Source of the DNA: the human T2T-CHM13v2.0 reference genome, Homo sapiens
Assembly: GCF_009914755.1 (NCBI RefSeq)
Contig: NC_060934.1
DNA: 64,000 bases
Direction: 5' to 3' (one strand)
Shown here: in pieces, positions 1-17,699 of the stretch
How positions within the stretch are numbered: position 1 is the stretch's first letter
Layout: each line of letters opens with the position of its first letter
The notes under the pieces: model-generated
Told to the model about the DNA's origin: nothing
The model's input: only the letters and a program-made list of their open reading frames with translations
The model's database searches: none
Position numbers and translations under genes: made by a program

Positions 1-79
1 AGAGTGGTATCTGGCTTTATAAATATTATATATATCATATATATAAAATGTATAATAAAGATGGAAGTAACTGGCAGAG

Positions 80-425
80 TACCATAGACTGTTTGTGTCT
101 TCTTAAAATTCCATATGTTGAAATACTAACCTTCAGTGTGATGGTATTAGGTGCCTTTAGGAGGTAGATTGTGAGGGTGGAGCTCTCATGAATGGGATTA
201 GTGCCCTTATAAAAGAGAACCCAGAGAGCTCCTTCACGCTTTCTGCCATGTGAGGACAGAGAACAGCTATCTATAAACCAGGAAGCAGTTCCTCACCAGA
301 CATTGAATCTGCTAGCATTTTGATCTTAAACGTCTTAGAATCTAGGACTATGAGCAAAAAATATTTGTTGTTTAATCCATCCAGACTATGGTAATTTGTT
401 ATAGCAGCCCAAATGGGCTAAGAGA
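80..425 (+). mobile_element. MaLR solo LTR, MLT1A-like
   Basis: CATATGTTGAAAT...GTGATGGTATTAGG...CTCATGAATGGGATTAGTGCCCTTATAAAAGAG...TTTGTTATAGCAGCCC...CTAAGA; ~345 bp. Confidence 0.85.
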
Positions 426-1136
426 AAGACTAATGTACAAATGTTTTATTTTTTAGAAAATTTGTGACATTTACTCATATACAATGTCACAAAAATAGTA
501 AGTTCCATAAATAGCAATATTATAAACAATAATCTCATATTACAATGAAATAAAATTCTAAATTATTAACAAAACAAAATACAAAGTCTCTTGCATCTGG
601 AAATTTCAATTAATAAATGTTTGGTTGAAGTGAAAATATAAGCTGAAATTACAAAATTTCTTTAAAAAATGAAAAAATATGACATATCAGAAATATGATT
701 GAAGTAGTGGTATGAGAAAAATACATTTCATTAAATAATTTTTTCAGTAAAAATAAAATATGAAAATGAATGATTTAATTATTCAGCTAAAAAATTGAGG
801 AAAGAAATAACAAAGTTACTAAAAGCTTAAGAAAAGCAGAATTTAGTGAGATAAAGAAAAGAAAAAAGTGATAGACCTAATTAACAAGTCAAAAATCTGT
901 TTTGTAATTAGCAAAATGGATAAATTGCTAAATGACTTGACCAAGAAAAATGAAGAATGAAAAATTATACAAAGGAGAGATGACAAGGGAGAAACAGACA
1001 TTGAAACAAAAGAAAGGTTTTTTTTTTTTTAAATTGTTATATGCTTCTTTGAAGGCTTGAATGAAAATAAATTTGAAAATCTTAATGAGATTGATTATTT
1101 TCTAAAACAGTGCAGATTATTAAAGTTGACCCCATT

Positions 1137-1225
1137 GACCTGGAACTCCTGGCCTTGAGCAATCCTCCCACCTTGGCCTCTTAAAGCCTCTTAAAGGACT
1201 ACACGCATGAGCCAGCTGTGAGCCT
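1137..1225 (-). mobile_element. Alu monomer (FLAM-like) fragment
   Basis: GAACTCCTGGCCTTGAGCAATCCTCCCACCTTGGCCTC...CATGAGCCA; contains a 10-bp internal tandem duplication (GCCTCTTAAA x2). Confidence 0.7.
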
Positions 1226-1672
1226 ATTGAAATCAAAGCTCAAATAGTCTAATTTCCATAGAAGTAAGGATAATTATTAAAACCCTGCCACTCTCCCCTC
1301 AATTAAAAAGTACTAGACCAGGTAGGATTTAAAGAAGAATTCTATAAATCTATCAAAGACAAAATGGCCTCAATACACTATACATTGTTCCAGATCACTG
1401 AAAATGGATGAAAACTTATTTCCTTTTATGGACAAATGTAAGTAACATTGATATTTAAGCTGATAAGAACAGTACAAAAAGTAAACCAGTATCAATTCTG
1501 AATATCAATATAAACATATGATAACCTTAAGAAATGGAGTCCAGTGCCACATTAAGAAAATAATACATCGCAGACAAGTGTTTTTCATTCCAGAAATACA
1601 AACGTGGTTAAATATTAGGCAACCTATTAAGAGCATATACTATATTAATACATCTAAAAATCATATGATTAT

Positions 1673-2034
1673 TGTTATGGTCTGAATATTTGTGTTCCCT
1701 CCAGAATCATATGTTGAAATCCTATAACCGAAGACAATGATATTAGGAGGTGGGGCTTTGGGGAGGTTATTAGATCATGAGAACAAAGTCCTCATGAATG
1801 GGATTGGTGCCTTATGAAATAGGCCTAAGGTAGCTGGTTTGCCTCTTCCACCATATAATGGTACAGCTAGAAGGAGCTATCTATGAATAAGAAATCAAGA
1901 TCTCACTAGACACCAAATCTGCCAGGATCTTGGTCTTGGACTTTCCAGCTTCCAGCTCTATTAGAAAATTTCTGTTGTTTATAAGCCACTCAGTTTATTG
2001 TATTTAGCTATAGCAGCCTGAACAGACTAAGACA
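1673..2034 (+). mobile_element. MaLR solo LTR, MLT1A-like, inserted in the RT region of the old L1
   Basis: Begins TGTTATGGTCTGAATATTTGTG and ends GACTAAGACA; L1 ORF2 sequence is continuous across the insertion. Confidence 0.85.
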
Positions 2035-2141
2035 TGTATCTTCATAGTTGCTTACAAAAAGCCTTCAACAAAATTCAAAGCCACTTCCTGCTAAAAAATA
2101 TTCAAGAAAATAGTGATTATGGGCACTTTTTAAAGATGATA

Positions 2142-2330
2142 ATATATGTGTGTACACATATATGTGTATATGTGTGTACACATATATGTGTATATGTGTG
2201 TACACATATATGTGTATATGTGTGTACACATATATGTGTATATGTGTGTACACATATATGTGTATATGTGTGTACACATATATGTGTATATGTGTGTACA
2301 CATATATGTGTATATGTGTGTGTATATATA
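2142..2330. repeat. 24-bp minisatellite (ATATGTGTGTACACATATATGTGT), about 7.5 perfect copies
   Basis: Directly visible; source of the repetitive ORFs between 2034 and 2429. Confidence 0.97.
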
Positions 2331-2673
2331 AAATATACAAATATACATTTATATAAACATATACTATATATCTTTGTCATAAAACTGGTATTTTATGTAA
2401 TGAAAATGTATACTAGGCATTTTCACTAAGTTCAAGAAAGATGCAAATATGTCCACAATCTCTGATAGTATTTAACATTATACTACTTTTATATAAGAGA
2501 AATTCATGGAGGCATAAGTATGGGTAAAGAGAAATAGGAACATCTCTACTTTCACCTGATAGGATAGACTCCTGGAAAACCCTGGAGAATCAATGCTAAA
2601 AATAATGTAAACAATAAAATAATTCAGTTAGATGGCATAATATCAAATTTACATACAGAAATCAATAAGCCTA

Positions 2674-3059
2674 TGCTATAGTTCGAATGTGTTCCCTGAA
2701 AAATTCAGGTATTGCCAATATGATAGAATTAAGAGGTAGGGCCTTTAAGAAGGGATTAGGCCATGAGAGCTTTTCCCTTGTAAATGGGATTAGTTGCCTT
2801 TATAAAAGAGCTTGATGAGGGAAGCTTGTCCCTTTTGCACTTCTGCCCTCTGCCATGTGAGGGCACAACATTCCTCACCTCTAAAGGATGCAGCATTACA
2901 GCGGCATCTTGGAAGCAGAGAGCAGCTCTCACCAGACACTGAATCTTCCAGCACCTTGACCTTGGACCTCCCAGTCTCTAAAACTGAAAAAAAATTTCTG
3001 TTGTTTATAAATTACTCAGTCTATGGTATTGTGTTACAGCAGCACAGATGGCTAAGATG
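2674..3059 (+). mobile_element. MaLR solo LTR, MST family
   Basis: TGCTATAGTTCGAATGTG...GCTAAGATG; 5-bp TSD-like GCCTA/CCCTA. Confidence 0.8.
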
Positions 3060-4675
3060 CCCTATTTAAAAGGTATTACCTTTACTAAAAATAAAAAAAC
3101 AAAAAACATAAAACAAAATGTTTAAAGCCCTCTTAAAAGCCAAAAAGTAGACTTGAATAAATGGAATGACATGCACAGTTCCTGGCTAGACCAACCCAGT
3201 ATTATAAAGATGTCATTTCTATCAAAGTTGTGTTTATAAATTTAACACCCAATAAAAATACAAAGAAGCTTTTTATGAAGTTAGACAAAGTAACATTAAA
3301 TAGAAATTTAAATATGAAAAAGCGACATGCAAAAATAGATAAGAAAACACTATGAAAGAAACACTATGAGAAGGTTTAGCCCTACTAGGAATTTAAGCTC
3401 ATTATTAAGGCACAGCAACTAAATCAGGTGGTACTTGTGGATGAAGAGACAAAAAAGCCTGTTTTTTTTGTTTTGTGAAATATATTTAACGTCTTGAAAT
3501 AGACCCAAATGCCTATGAAAACGTAGTAAATGATAAAAGCGGCATCTCTTGTCACTGGGACAATGATGGGCTATTGACTTAATGGTGGTGGGAAAATGGA
3601 TAGCCACTGGAAGATGACATAGTTAGATCTATTTCTCACACCATTCACAGGAAGGAACTTAAAAAGTTTCAGAGATCTAAATGCAAAACATGTAATTGTA
3701 CAACTACTGAAAGAAAACATGAGTAACTTGTTTTTTAACTCTCATCTAGGGAAAGACCATCTCACAATTCAGAGGCAATAAAAGGAAAGATTGATGAATT
3801 TGACTACATAACTATAAAATATTTTCATGGCAGAAAAAGTAGAAAATTGCCAAAAGATAACTGACAAACGTGCTGAAAATATTCAACGTAATCTAGAAAA
3901 ATGGCTAATATACTAATATATAAAGAACTCTTTAAAATTGAGGAGACAAAAATCTGAAAACCTGCTGAAAAATGAAAAAAGATATTACCAGACATTTCTT
4001 AAAATATATTTCTATAAAAATGTGCAAAGTGAAATACAAAGAGTAACCAGAAACTAATGAGGTTGGTTAATTACAGGGGATGTGTAGAAACAGTGTGGAA
4101 ATATTGGGCAAATAAGAATGAGGCAGAAGAGATGAGGGAGAAGTGACATTTCTATGAATACATATTTTTATAATAGTTTTGATGCTTTAAACCATGGTGA
4201 TCCTTCACATATCCCAAAATATAAACAATTAAAATTAACCAGAATTTTAACAGGGGGGAAACTGAAGATGAAATATGAAGCGTAACAAATCAAATCAATT
4301 ACAAATTAATAGCATTACCACAGTAAAGACTGTGCGAAGAAAATAACCTTAAGTCGGTTTGGAAAACAGCATTTTGACTATATACTTTTTAGGTTAAAGA
4401 CCAAAAGAGCTGCACACAAATATAATACTCTAGTTAGTAAACTTGTTTCTCATAGAACTGTAGATAACAATTATGAAAGTACTTTATATGTATATCAGGA
4501 CTGAAGAAATAAGCACCTATATGGTAAATAATTAGAGCTGAATTCTCACTCAAAGAAAGGACTTAGAAATAAGTAAAAAGGGAAGACGAACCCACCTACT
4601 CTCTCTTCCTCTCATATAAATAATCTACCTATTTATCCACACTCTATAAACACATGCACACTAAATGACTCTTAG

Positions 4676-4860
4676 ATGTATATGTTTTCATATGTGTGTG
4701 TACATTTATGTACACATATGTATAATTTTATAGGTTTCCATATAGAGGGATATGTAATATTTGAACATATTGTATATATACATACATTTTTATATGTATA
4801 TATGTATATATAATACATGTGCATATAAATCTATGTATATATACATATATATATGTACAT
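4676..4860. repeat. Degenerate (TA/TG/CA)n low-complexity tract
   Basis: Interrupted TATA/TGTA/TACA runs. Confidence 0.8.
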
Positions 4861-6806
4861 TAACTCCATCAACTGAGTAGACTGGGAAACAATGACAACC
4901 CAGTACCAGGAAAATTGTTGAATGAAATTTTACCATGTGCTAGTAATAGCACAGAAATGATCCCAAAATATTTTGTTGTGCTAGAAAACAAAGTGCTCAA
5001 AAAATGATGGGAGACTGTTGAAAGGACATAGAAATTTACAAGAAAGACTTCCAAAGGCCAAATCTGAGACACTTTGAGAAAAATAAATTAGAGTGATATA
5101 ACCCATAGACTAAAATAATTATCTATATATCCGTAAGAGTCTAAATAATAATTAGATAAATAAATAGAAAAGAAGGGATAAATTTTCTTTATTTTCTTTA
5201 TGGTAGAATTCTAACTAGTTAAAGTAAAAGGAATCTGTCTATTTCCATCAAAAATCGAAAATCACCCTTTGGTAAACATCACAATAATAATCGTTGCAGG
5301 CAAAAATCACAGATGCATGCTAAAATTAATGAACAAAATTATGAACAGAAACAGAGTATTTACATGTTCCCAGAGTAACTTTTCCCAAGGTGCTTATTGA
5401 TTCCAAGAAAAAGTGATATCTTTATAGTGAAGAAAGCTTGTAGACACTGCTTTAATAAAGTGGTAATTTTACAATCATCAGTAATAAATAATATCCTCAT
5501 CCTGTACCTCCTGATATGATGTGTTGTAAGGGGACACAATATCCTTTCTGCAAATAATACTTTTGTTGTGTTCTTGCCAAAAAATGAATTAATAAAAAAA
5601 TTCAAACTACAAAACTCTGTTTTTTATAAAATAACAGTACTCCTCAAATGTCAAGGTAATGAAAGATAAAGACTGAGGAACTGTCCTCTGTTGGAACTAG
5701 GGAGACATGACAACTGACTTTGTTATGGGATTCTGGATTAGATCACAGACCAGTAAAATGCCATTAGTGAAACAATTGATAAAATGTGAGTCATCTTTAG
5801 GCTAGTTAGCAGTATTCCTTCTATGTTAATGTCTTGGTTTAAATAACTCTATACTATGTCTAGATAAACTGATCTTAGGGGAAGCTGCATGATGGGTATA
5901 CTAAAACTGAAGCATTTGTATAACTCTAAAATTATTTCAAAATCAAAAAATTAAAATTAAATACTACAGATTCTTCAAATAATTTATGAGGCTAATCCTT
6001 GGTGATGGGGGGAGGGCACAATTTTGTAAGCTAATACTTCTTACCTCACCTAACCAGAGAGAACACAGTGACTAGACCGAAGATCACAATTGATTCTCTT
6101 AACCCATGTTTAATGAACTCTCCTTAATATTACTAGAAAGATCTATTTATATTCTCAATTCTCTGAGGATAATAAATAAGTAGTAGAGGAGATCTAAAAA
6201 CATTATGAAATGAATGCAATATAATGAATAATTATGCTACTCTCTTCCATGTCCAAAATGGAGGCGCCACACCAGACTGGAGAATTTATTTATGAAAAAG
6301 ATATTTAAAGTCATCCTTACGTTATGCATAAGGCAATAGCACTCCATGCCCATGAGGACTTTTATGTCATGATAAAGACCTTCACAGTACTACTTGGGAT
6401 GTAGAGCTACTCACTGGAAATGAGGTAGGCATTTTTCCTACTTGGAACAAGGATTCACTGAGGCCTTTTGACAAGAAAGCACCCCTTTGGGGTCCTTTGG
6501 ACCTCAGTGCCTTGACAAGAAGGGGGAAATCACTGTGGGTTTAGACAGAATAAATAACCCAAGTATAGGTGGTAGGACTTGTTTTGCATAATGATGGCTA
6601 AGACAAAAGGTCACTCCAGATTTAACCTGCCTTTGATAAAAAATGTCTAAATATGAGATTATGAACTAAAAGAGCTACCAGCTTGGAGAACTGGAGTGTG
6701 ACATTAGCAGCGTAGGGAAGAAAAAATAATCTTTTCAATTGTCTGAAGATCTCATCTGTAGGCTCAGGAGTGAGCAGAGTCTTGCTTCCTGTTTGTCACC
6801 AAAAAC

Positions 6807-7380
6807 CATAGAGAAGAAAAAGTAATTTCTTTTCATTACATTTTGCAAAATTCATGACTAAGATTCCTGTAACAAAAGACAGATTAACAAGAGAAAAGCA
6901 TACACATTTATTTAATATATGTTTTATATGACCCAGAAGCCTTCAGAAATGAAGACCGAAAGAAATGGGAAGATCTGTGTATTTTTATGGACAGTCACGC
7001 AGAAGTATGATTGGAGGACAAAAGGGTACAATCTAATGTTAATTAATTAGGAGGGGTGGATTTAGCAAGATCTTCAGATTTAGCGCAAGGTCCTCAGATT
7101 TAGCAAGGTCTTCAGAAGTAAAACAAACAAACAAACAAAAAAAACTTCTTCAGAGTTATTTTTGATGTCCCTGTATGACATTCCTTTCCTTTGGGTAAAG
7201 GGCACATGGAACTCTTCAGGGGAGAAGTGAAAGAGAATGTCAGAGAGAGACCTTCCTAGGTTTTCTGGCCTGCTTCCAGAGAGCATGGTGGGAGAAGGTC
7301 AGAGAGACCTTCCTGCTTCTGCTGTTTTCTCAAATGCTAAGGTGCCATATTTGGGGGATAGCATGTCCTGAACTCTGACA
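6807..7380 (-). mobile_element. ERV1 solo LTR, MER31-like
   Basis: AACAAAAGACAGATTAACAAGAGAAAAGCATAC...CCTTCAGAAATGAAGACC; minus strand begins TGTCAGAGTTCAGGACATGCTATCCCCCAAATATGGCACC; left boundary uncertain (possibly ~6711). Confidence 0.65.
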
Positions 7381-7602
7381 GCAGCAGTTGAATCTACAAA
7401 GACATCACATTAGCAGTGTGCATGTGGCCCTCTGAATGCATAGATCAAATTTTCAGTAGTTTGACAAGTATTAGTCCTTCTCTGTAGTTTGAGGGGACTG
7501 AAACTACAGTTGGTTTTGTAAACTGAACAAATCTCTTTGGACCTGAGTCAACAACTTAGGTTCTTAGATAATTTAGATGAATGCATCTCAGAAGGGAGAA
7601 AC

Positions 7603-7976
<374 letters not shown>

Positions 7977-8509
7977 TCACAGCAGAACCACATAGGTTGA
8001 ATTGTATAGTGTATGTAGCGGTTTGTGCAATCCTTTATTCTCTGAGTGATGTGCTTAGATAAGGGTTGCTAGGTTAATATTTCTAGACTAGCTCTGATCC
8101 TGAAATCTACTTTTTCCTCTCTTGAGTCTTTGGAACCAATGTGTACCTTTGTCACGCTGATCCACAAAGGAAGTGATTGATTGGTTCCTAAAATCTGTGA
8201 AGAAATCAACAATAAACTTTCGTTAAAAAATTCTACAAAGTTCACTCTATGTGGCTGAACTGGGCTTTAAGAACTCAGTTTCTTTTTTTTAAAATTTTAT
8301 TATTATTATACTTTAAGTTTTAGGGTACATGTGCACAATGTGCAGGTTTGTTACATATGTATACATCTGCCATGTTGGTGTGCTGCACCCGTTAACTCGT
8401 CATTTAGCATTAGGTATATCTCCTAATGCTATCCCTCCCCCCTCCCCCCACCGCACAACAGTCCCTGGTGTGTGATGTTCCCCTTCCTGTGTCTATGTGT
8501 TCTTATTGT

Positions 8510-12353
<3,844 letters not shown>

Positions 12354-12416
12354 TATGATGTTAGCTGGTTATTTTGCTCGTTAGTTGATGCAGTGTCTTC
12401 CTAGCCTTGATGGTCT

Positions 12417-13429
12417 TTACAATTTGGCATGTTTTTTCAGTGGCTGGTACCGGTTGTTCCTTTCCATGTTTAGTGCTTCCTTCAGGAGGTCTTTTAGGGC
12501 AGGCCTGGTGGTGACAAAATCTCTCAGCATTTGCTTGTCTGTAAAGGATTTTATTTCTCCTTCACTTATGAAGCTTAGTTTGGCTGGATATGAAATTCTG
12601 GGTTGAAAATTCTTTTCTTTAAGAATGTTGAATATCGGTCCCCACTCTCTTCTGGCTTATAGAGTTTCTGCCAAGAGATCCGCTGTTAGTCTGATGGGCT
12701 TCCCTTTGTGGGTAACCCGACCTTTCTCTCTGGCTGCCCTTAACATTTTTTCCTTCATTTCAACTTTGGTGAATCTGACAATTATGTGTCTTGGAGTTGC
12801 TCTTCTCGAGGAGTATCTTTGTGGCGTTCTCTGTATTTCCTGAATCTGAATGTTGCCCTGCCTTGCTAGATTAGGGAAGTTCTCCTGGATATCCTGCAGA
12901 GTGTTTTCCAACTTGGTTCCATTCTCCCTGTCACTTTCAGGTACACCAATCAGATGCAGATTTGGTCTTTTCACATAGTCCCATATTTCTTGGAGGCTTT
13001 GTTCGTTTCTTTTTATTCTTTTTTCTCTAAACTTCTCTTCTTGCTTCATTTCGTTCATTTCTTCTTCCATCACCAAGACCCTTTCTTCCAGTTGATTGCA
13101 TCGGCTACTGAGGCTTCTGCATTCGTCATGTAGCTCTCATGCCTTGGTTTTCAGCTCCATCAGGTCCTTGAAGGACTTCTCTGCATTGGTTATTCTAGTT
13201 ATCCATTCGTCTAATTTTTTTTCAAAGCTTTTAACTTCTTTGCCATTGGTTCGAATTTCTTCCTGTATCTCAGAGTAGTTTGATCGTCTGGAGACTTCTT
13301 CTCTCAACTTGTCAAAGTCATTCTCTGTCCAGCTTTGTTCTGTTGCTGGTGAGGAGCTGCGTTCCTTTGGAGGAGGAGAGGTGCTCTGATTTTTAGAGTT
13401 TCCAGTTTTTCTGCTCTGTTTTTTCCCAT
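12417..13429 (-). pseudogene. L1 ORF1 (RNA-binding protein), disrupted
   Basis: ATG at 13429; fragment REKRIKRNEQSLQEIWDYVKRPNL...LTADL (12657-13076); no intact full-length frame. Confidence 0.93.
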
Positions 13430-14464
13430 CTTTGTGGTTTTATCTACCTTTGGTCTTTGATGATGGTGACGTACAGATGGGTTTTTGGTGTGGATGTCCT
13501 TTCTGTTTGTTAGTTTTCCTTCTAACAGACAGGACCCTCAGCTGCAGGTCTGTTGGAGTTTTCTAGAGGTCCACTCCAGACCCTGTTTGCCTGGGTATCA
13601 GCAGCGGTGGCTGCAGAACAGTGTATATTGGTGAACCGCAAATGCTGCTGCCTGATCGTTCCTCTGGAAATTTTGTCTCAGAGGAGTACCTGGCCGTGTG
13701 AGGTGTCAGTCCACCCCTGCTGGGGGGTGCCTCCCAGTTAGGCTACTCGGGGGTCAGGGACCCACTTGAGGAGGCAGTCTGCCCGTTCTCAGATCTCCAG
13801 CTGCGTGCTGGGAGAACCACTACTCTCTTCAAAGCTGTCAGAGAGGGACATTTAAGTCTGCAGAGGTTACTGTTGTCTTTTTGTTTGTCTGTGCCCTGCC
13901 CCCAGAGGTGGAGCCTAAAGTGGCAGGCAGGCCTCCTTGAGCTGCAGTGGGCTCCACCCAGTTCGAGCTTCCCTGCCGCTTTGTTTACCTAATCAAACAA
14001 GTAACTTGGCATTGGCGGGCACCCCTCCTCCAGCCTCGCTGCCACCTTGCAGTTTGATCTCGGACTGCTGTGCTAGCAATGAGCGAGACTCTGTGGGCGT
14101 AGGACCCTCCGAGCCATGTGCGCGATATAATCTCCTGGTGTGCCGTTTTTTAAGCCTGTTGGAAAAGCGCAGTATTAGCGTGGGAGTGACCCGATTTTCC
14201 AGATGCCCACTGTCACCCCTTTCTTTGACTAGGAAAGGGAATTCCCTGACCCCTTGTGCTTCCCGGGTGAGGCAATGCCTCGCCCTGCTTTGGCTCACGC
14301 ATGGTGCGCTGCACCCACTGTCCTGCACCTACGGTCTGGCTCTCCCCATTGAGATGAACCCGGTACCTCAGTTGGAAATGCAGAAATCTCCCATCTTCTG
14401 CGACGCTCACGCTGAGAGCTGTAGACCAGAGCTGTTCCTATTCTGCCATCTTGGCTCCTCCCCC
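13430..14464 (-). promoter_or_regulatory. L1 5'UTR internal sense promoter and antisense promoter region
   Basis: Complete 5'UTR with YY1 motif (plus strand GCCATCTTG near 14445); function inferred from family knowledge, activity not shown. Confidence 0.6.
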
Positions 14465-14669
14465 AAGAAATCAGTTTCTATCAAGGTCATTAATATGTGT
14501 CTGTTTCTAAATATTTTCCACATATTCAAGCAATGTCAAACAGTGGAGGAAAAATCATGTCTATACAAAATACAATGTTGTCTCCCCAGGTACTTTCTGA
14601 GAGAGTAAGGAGGTATTCTGTGAGAGACTGAATGTCTTGAGTGTTGCCTGGAGTACTCTTACTCAGTAT

Positions 14670-14856
14670 ATGTTAAAAAGAACACAGTCTTTAGAGTCAG
14701 AAAGAACTGGATTTGAATCTCATCTTTATTACTTAGTAGCTTTGTGACTTTGGGAAAGTTAATTAGCCTCTCTGAACCTCAGTTTTCTAAACTGTAAAAT
14801 AAGGATAATTATATTTCTCTCACAGGATTGCTGTGAATATTAAATAATAAAATGTG
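14670..14856 (+). mobile_element. MIR SINE; its tail resumes at ~15330 after the LTR
   Basis: TTACTTAGTAGCTTTGTGACTTTGGGAAAGTT...CTCTCTGAACCTCAGTTTTCT...CTGTAAAAT core. Confidence 0.8.
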
Positions 14857-15329
14857 TGTGTGATGGGCAGAATAATTGTCCTCCCAAGATGTGCATAATC
14901 CCTGGAACCTGTGAAAATGTTGGGTTACATAGCAAAAAGAAATTAAAGTTGCAGATGAAATTAATATTTCTAATCAGCTGACCTTAAAATGAAGAAACTA
15001 TCCTAAATTAGGCAGGCTCAATGTAATCACAAAAGTCTTTAAATATGGAAGAAACAGGCAGCTTGAGAAAGACTTGACAAGTCACTGATGCTTTTGAAGA
15101 TGGAAACAAACCAAGGAATGTGGGTAGCTTCAACAGTTTAGCAAGCAAGGAAACAGATTTTTCTGTTGAACCTCCAGAAGAAATGCGGGTCAGCCAACGC
15201 CATTATTTTAACCCAGTGAGACATATTTTGAACTTCTGACCTCCAGAACTGTAAGATAATAGATTTGTGGTGTTTCAGGCCACCTAGTTTATGGTAACTC
15301 ATTACAGCAGCAATAGGAAACCAAAACAC
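14857..15329 (+). mobile_element. MaLR solo LTR, MLT1D/E-like
   Basis: TGTGATGGGCAGAATAAT...CTTCTGACCTCCAGAACTGTAAGATAATA...CAGCAGCAATAGGAAAC. Confidence 0.8.
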
Positions 15330-15544
15330 AGTAAGTGCTTGGTAAATAGAAAACACTATATTTTACTTTTATTTTTGAGCTACTTCTCTCAAAGCTTTTG
15401 GGTGATCTTCTATTTCACCCTTTAGCAAATACTTCTCTTGCAATATCTGGCCTAGGATACAGCTTAGCCTGGCTACCTGAATTGAGATTTTTCTATTATC
15501 ATTTGCACAAAGGGAAAGATGCATAAACTCAACTTCACTTTGGC

Positions 15545-16084
<540 letters not shown>

Positions 16085-17699
16085 TTGCTGTTTCTCTTAC
16101 CTCACCTTTACAAAATATAATACTTCAAAGGTTAAAGTGAGGAATAGAGCTGAATCACATTCTCTCCATAAAATCTTTCAGAAGATTTTACTTTGTTTGT
16201 TGTAGCTATTACATCTGTGAGTTGAAAATCCTAATAAGACCAATGACTACAGTAACTAAAATAGAAATAGTCATCATGTAGTCATTATACTGTAGAGGAC
16301 AACAGAGAATGGCTTTTGTATATTCTGAAACCCTGCCTTGGCCATTAGGCTCTATGGATTATTTACCTCTGTAGGCATAGATGCCTGTACTTTAAAATGA
16401 ATCACCATTTATCATACATTTGCTAATTTGAAATCCTGACAGTGCAATCTTCTGATTTTTAAAACTGTAAAAGGCTCTGAATGACCATCTGAAAAAAAGA
16501 GTATGATTAGAAGTTCATTTACAAGATCTTAATTTATTTTCTTCGTATTGAGCACTCTCGATATTTCTGTACCCCTTTGCTTTTTTGTCTGTGAGCCATT
16601 TCCATATGCTGTGTCATTTGCTTTGAAATGTGACAAAGTGATCTGAGCTCAGGATCCTGCTGCAGGGGGAGGTATTATTGATTTCTTGGAGAGTAGCAAA
16701 GAGACTTGCAATGTCACTGTTAAACTTGGCTGGCAGATCACAGCAGCTTGTGACATCTAACTTACTATAATGAAATCATGGGGTTCTCTGGCCCTTGGGC
16801 CTAGAGGGGAGGTGAAAGGTCAGGAAAGTGAGAATCCTGTGCAGCCAGGTGTGAAGGGCAGTTCCTTCACACAGTTCCATCTCTTTCTGAAAAGAAATTA
16901 GCTGAATTCACCTGCTCCAAGTCAACCAGATGGTCTTCTAAGCAAATGAAAAAATATAAATGTCTGATCATCACTGTGCTGGTTGAAATTTAATTGCTTG
17001 ATCAGAAAACCTTATTTCTGGTTGCATTTTGAAGCCCTACAGATTGTTCTAATTTCACAGCTAGGAATATATTAAAGAGAGAAAATTTTCTTTATGCTTG
17101 AGAATGCTTTTAACCATCTTTTCAATTAGCTGTTAAGTCTCTTCTTTCAATAATCTTCGTTAAGCCATATAACACTTTGAGAGGTTTTGAAGTCTGTTAA
17201 ACTCAGTTCCTGCTTAACTGATATGCTTCAATAACTCTTTTATTTTCATATTGTGCATGACTTGTACAAGGAAGAAACAAAAGAAAAACAAACAAGTTGA
17301 TAACGGGATTTTCTTTAGTCTCAGTGACTCTTAGTGTTCCTTCTAGCATCGAATACACATTCAGTTCGATAGCTAATGTTGCCCACATTCTTTCTGAATG
17401 GCCTGTGACCTCTGTTTCCTCAGATATATAATGCGTGGTATAAATTTTGATAAGGAATAAGGAGCTTTTTAGCATTACATTATGGTTCCATGTTATATTC
17501 CTATACCTGAGAAACTGGTGTCTAATTGGGTCTTTGAGGCACAAAATGATTGCTGGATCATTTAGGACAAGTTGAATAGAATTAAGCATATGTTTTCATA
17601 CTACAGGCAGTGGTTCATAAATGCAGAAAAATGGTATGGTCATTCAGAAGAGTGCTAGTATAGATGTTCATAAAAATTTCATTCTATTTTAAACATTGT

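Larger units (their letters stand above)
1..5960 (+). mobile_element. Old, fragmented L1M (L1MC-like) LINE: degraded ORF2 plus long 3' end, split by later LTR, Alu and simple-repeat insertions
   Basis: Degraded ORF2-like sequence: AAAAATCATATGATTAT (~1656-1672) resumes after the LTR as ...AAAAAGCCTTCAACAAAATTCA (~2056-2077), matching the L1 RT segment [17 protein letters not shown]1MC-type 3' sequence ACCAGAAACTAATGAGGTTGGTTAATTACAGGGG at ~4046. A-rich plus strand. Confidence 0.7.

Noticed and set aside
2142-2330. CRISPR-like periodicity
   Set aside because: Units are head-to-tail with no unique spacers, there are no cas genes, and the DNA is primate.
2034-2429. Six overlapping ORFs with CVYVCTHI-type peptide repeats
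   Set aside because: Produced by a stop-free 24-bp minisatellite; no coding evidence.
6000-6800. Possible ERV internal remnant next to the MER31-like LTR
   Set aside because: No diagnostic motif recognised; needs a Dfam search.
17203-17589. 128-aa minus-strand ORF in non-repeat DNA
   Set aside because: No recognisable motif or exon context; this length is attainable by chance in 64 kb.
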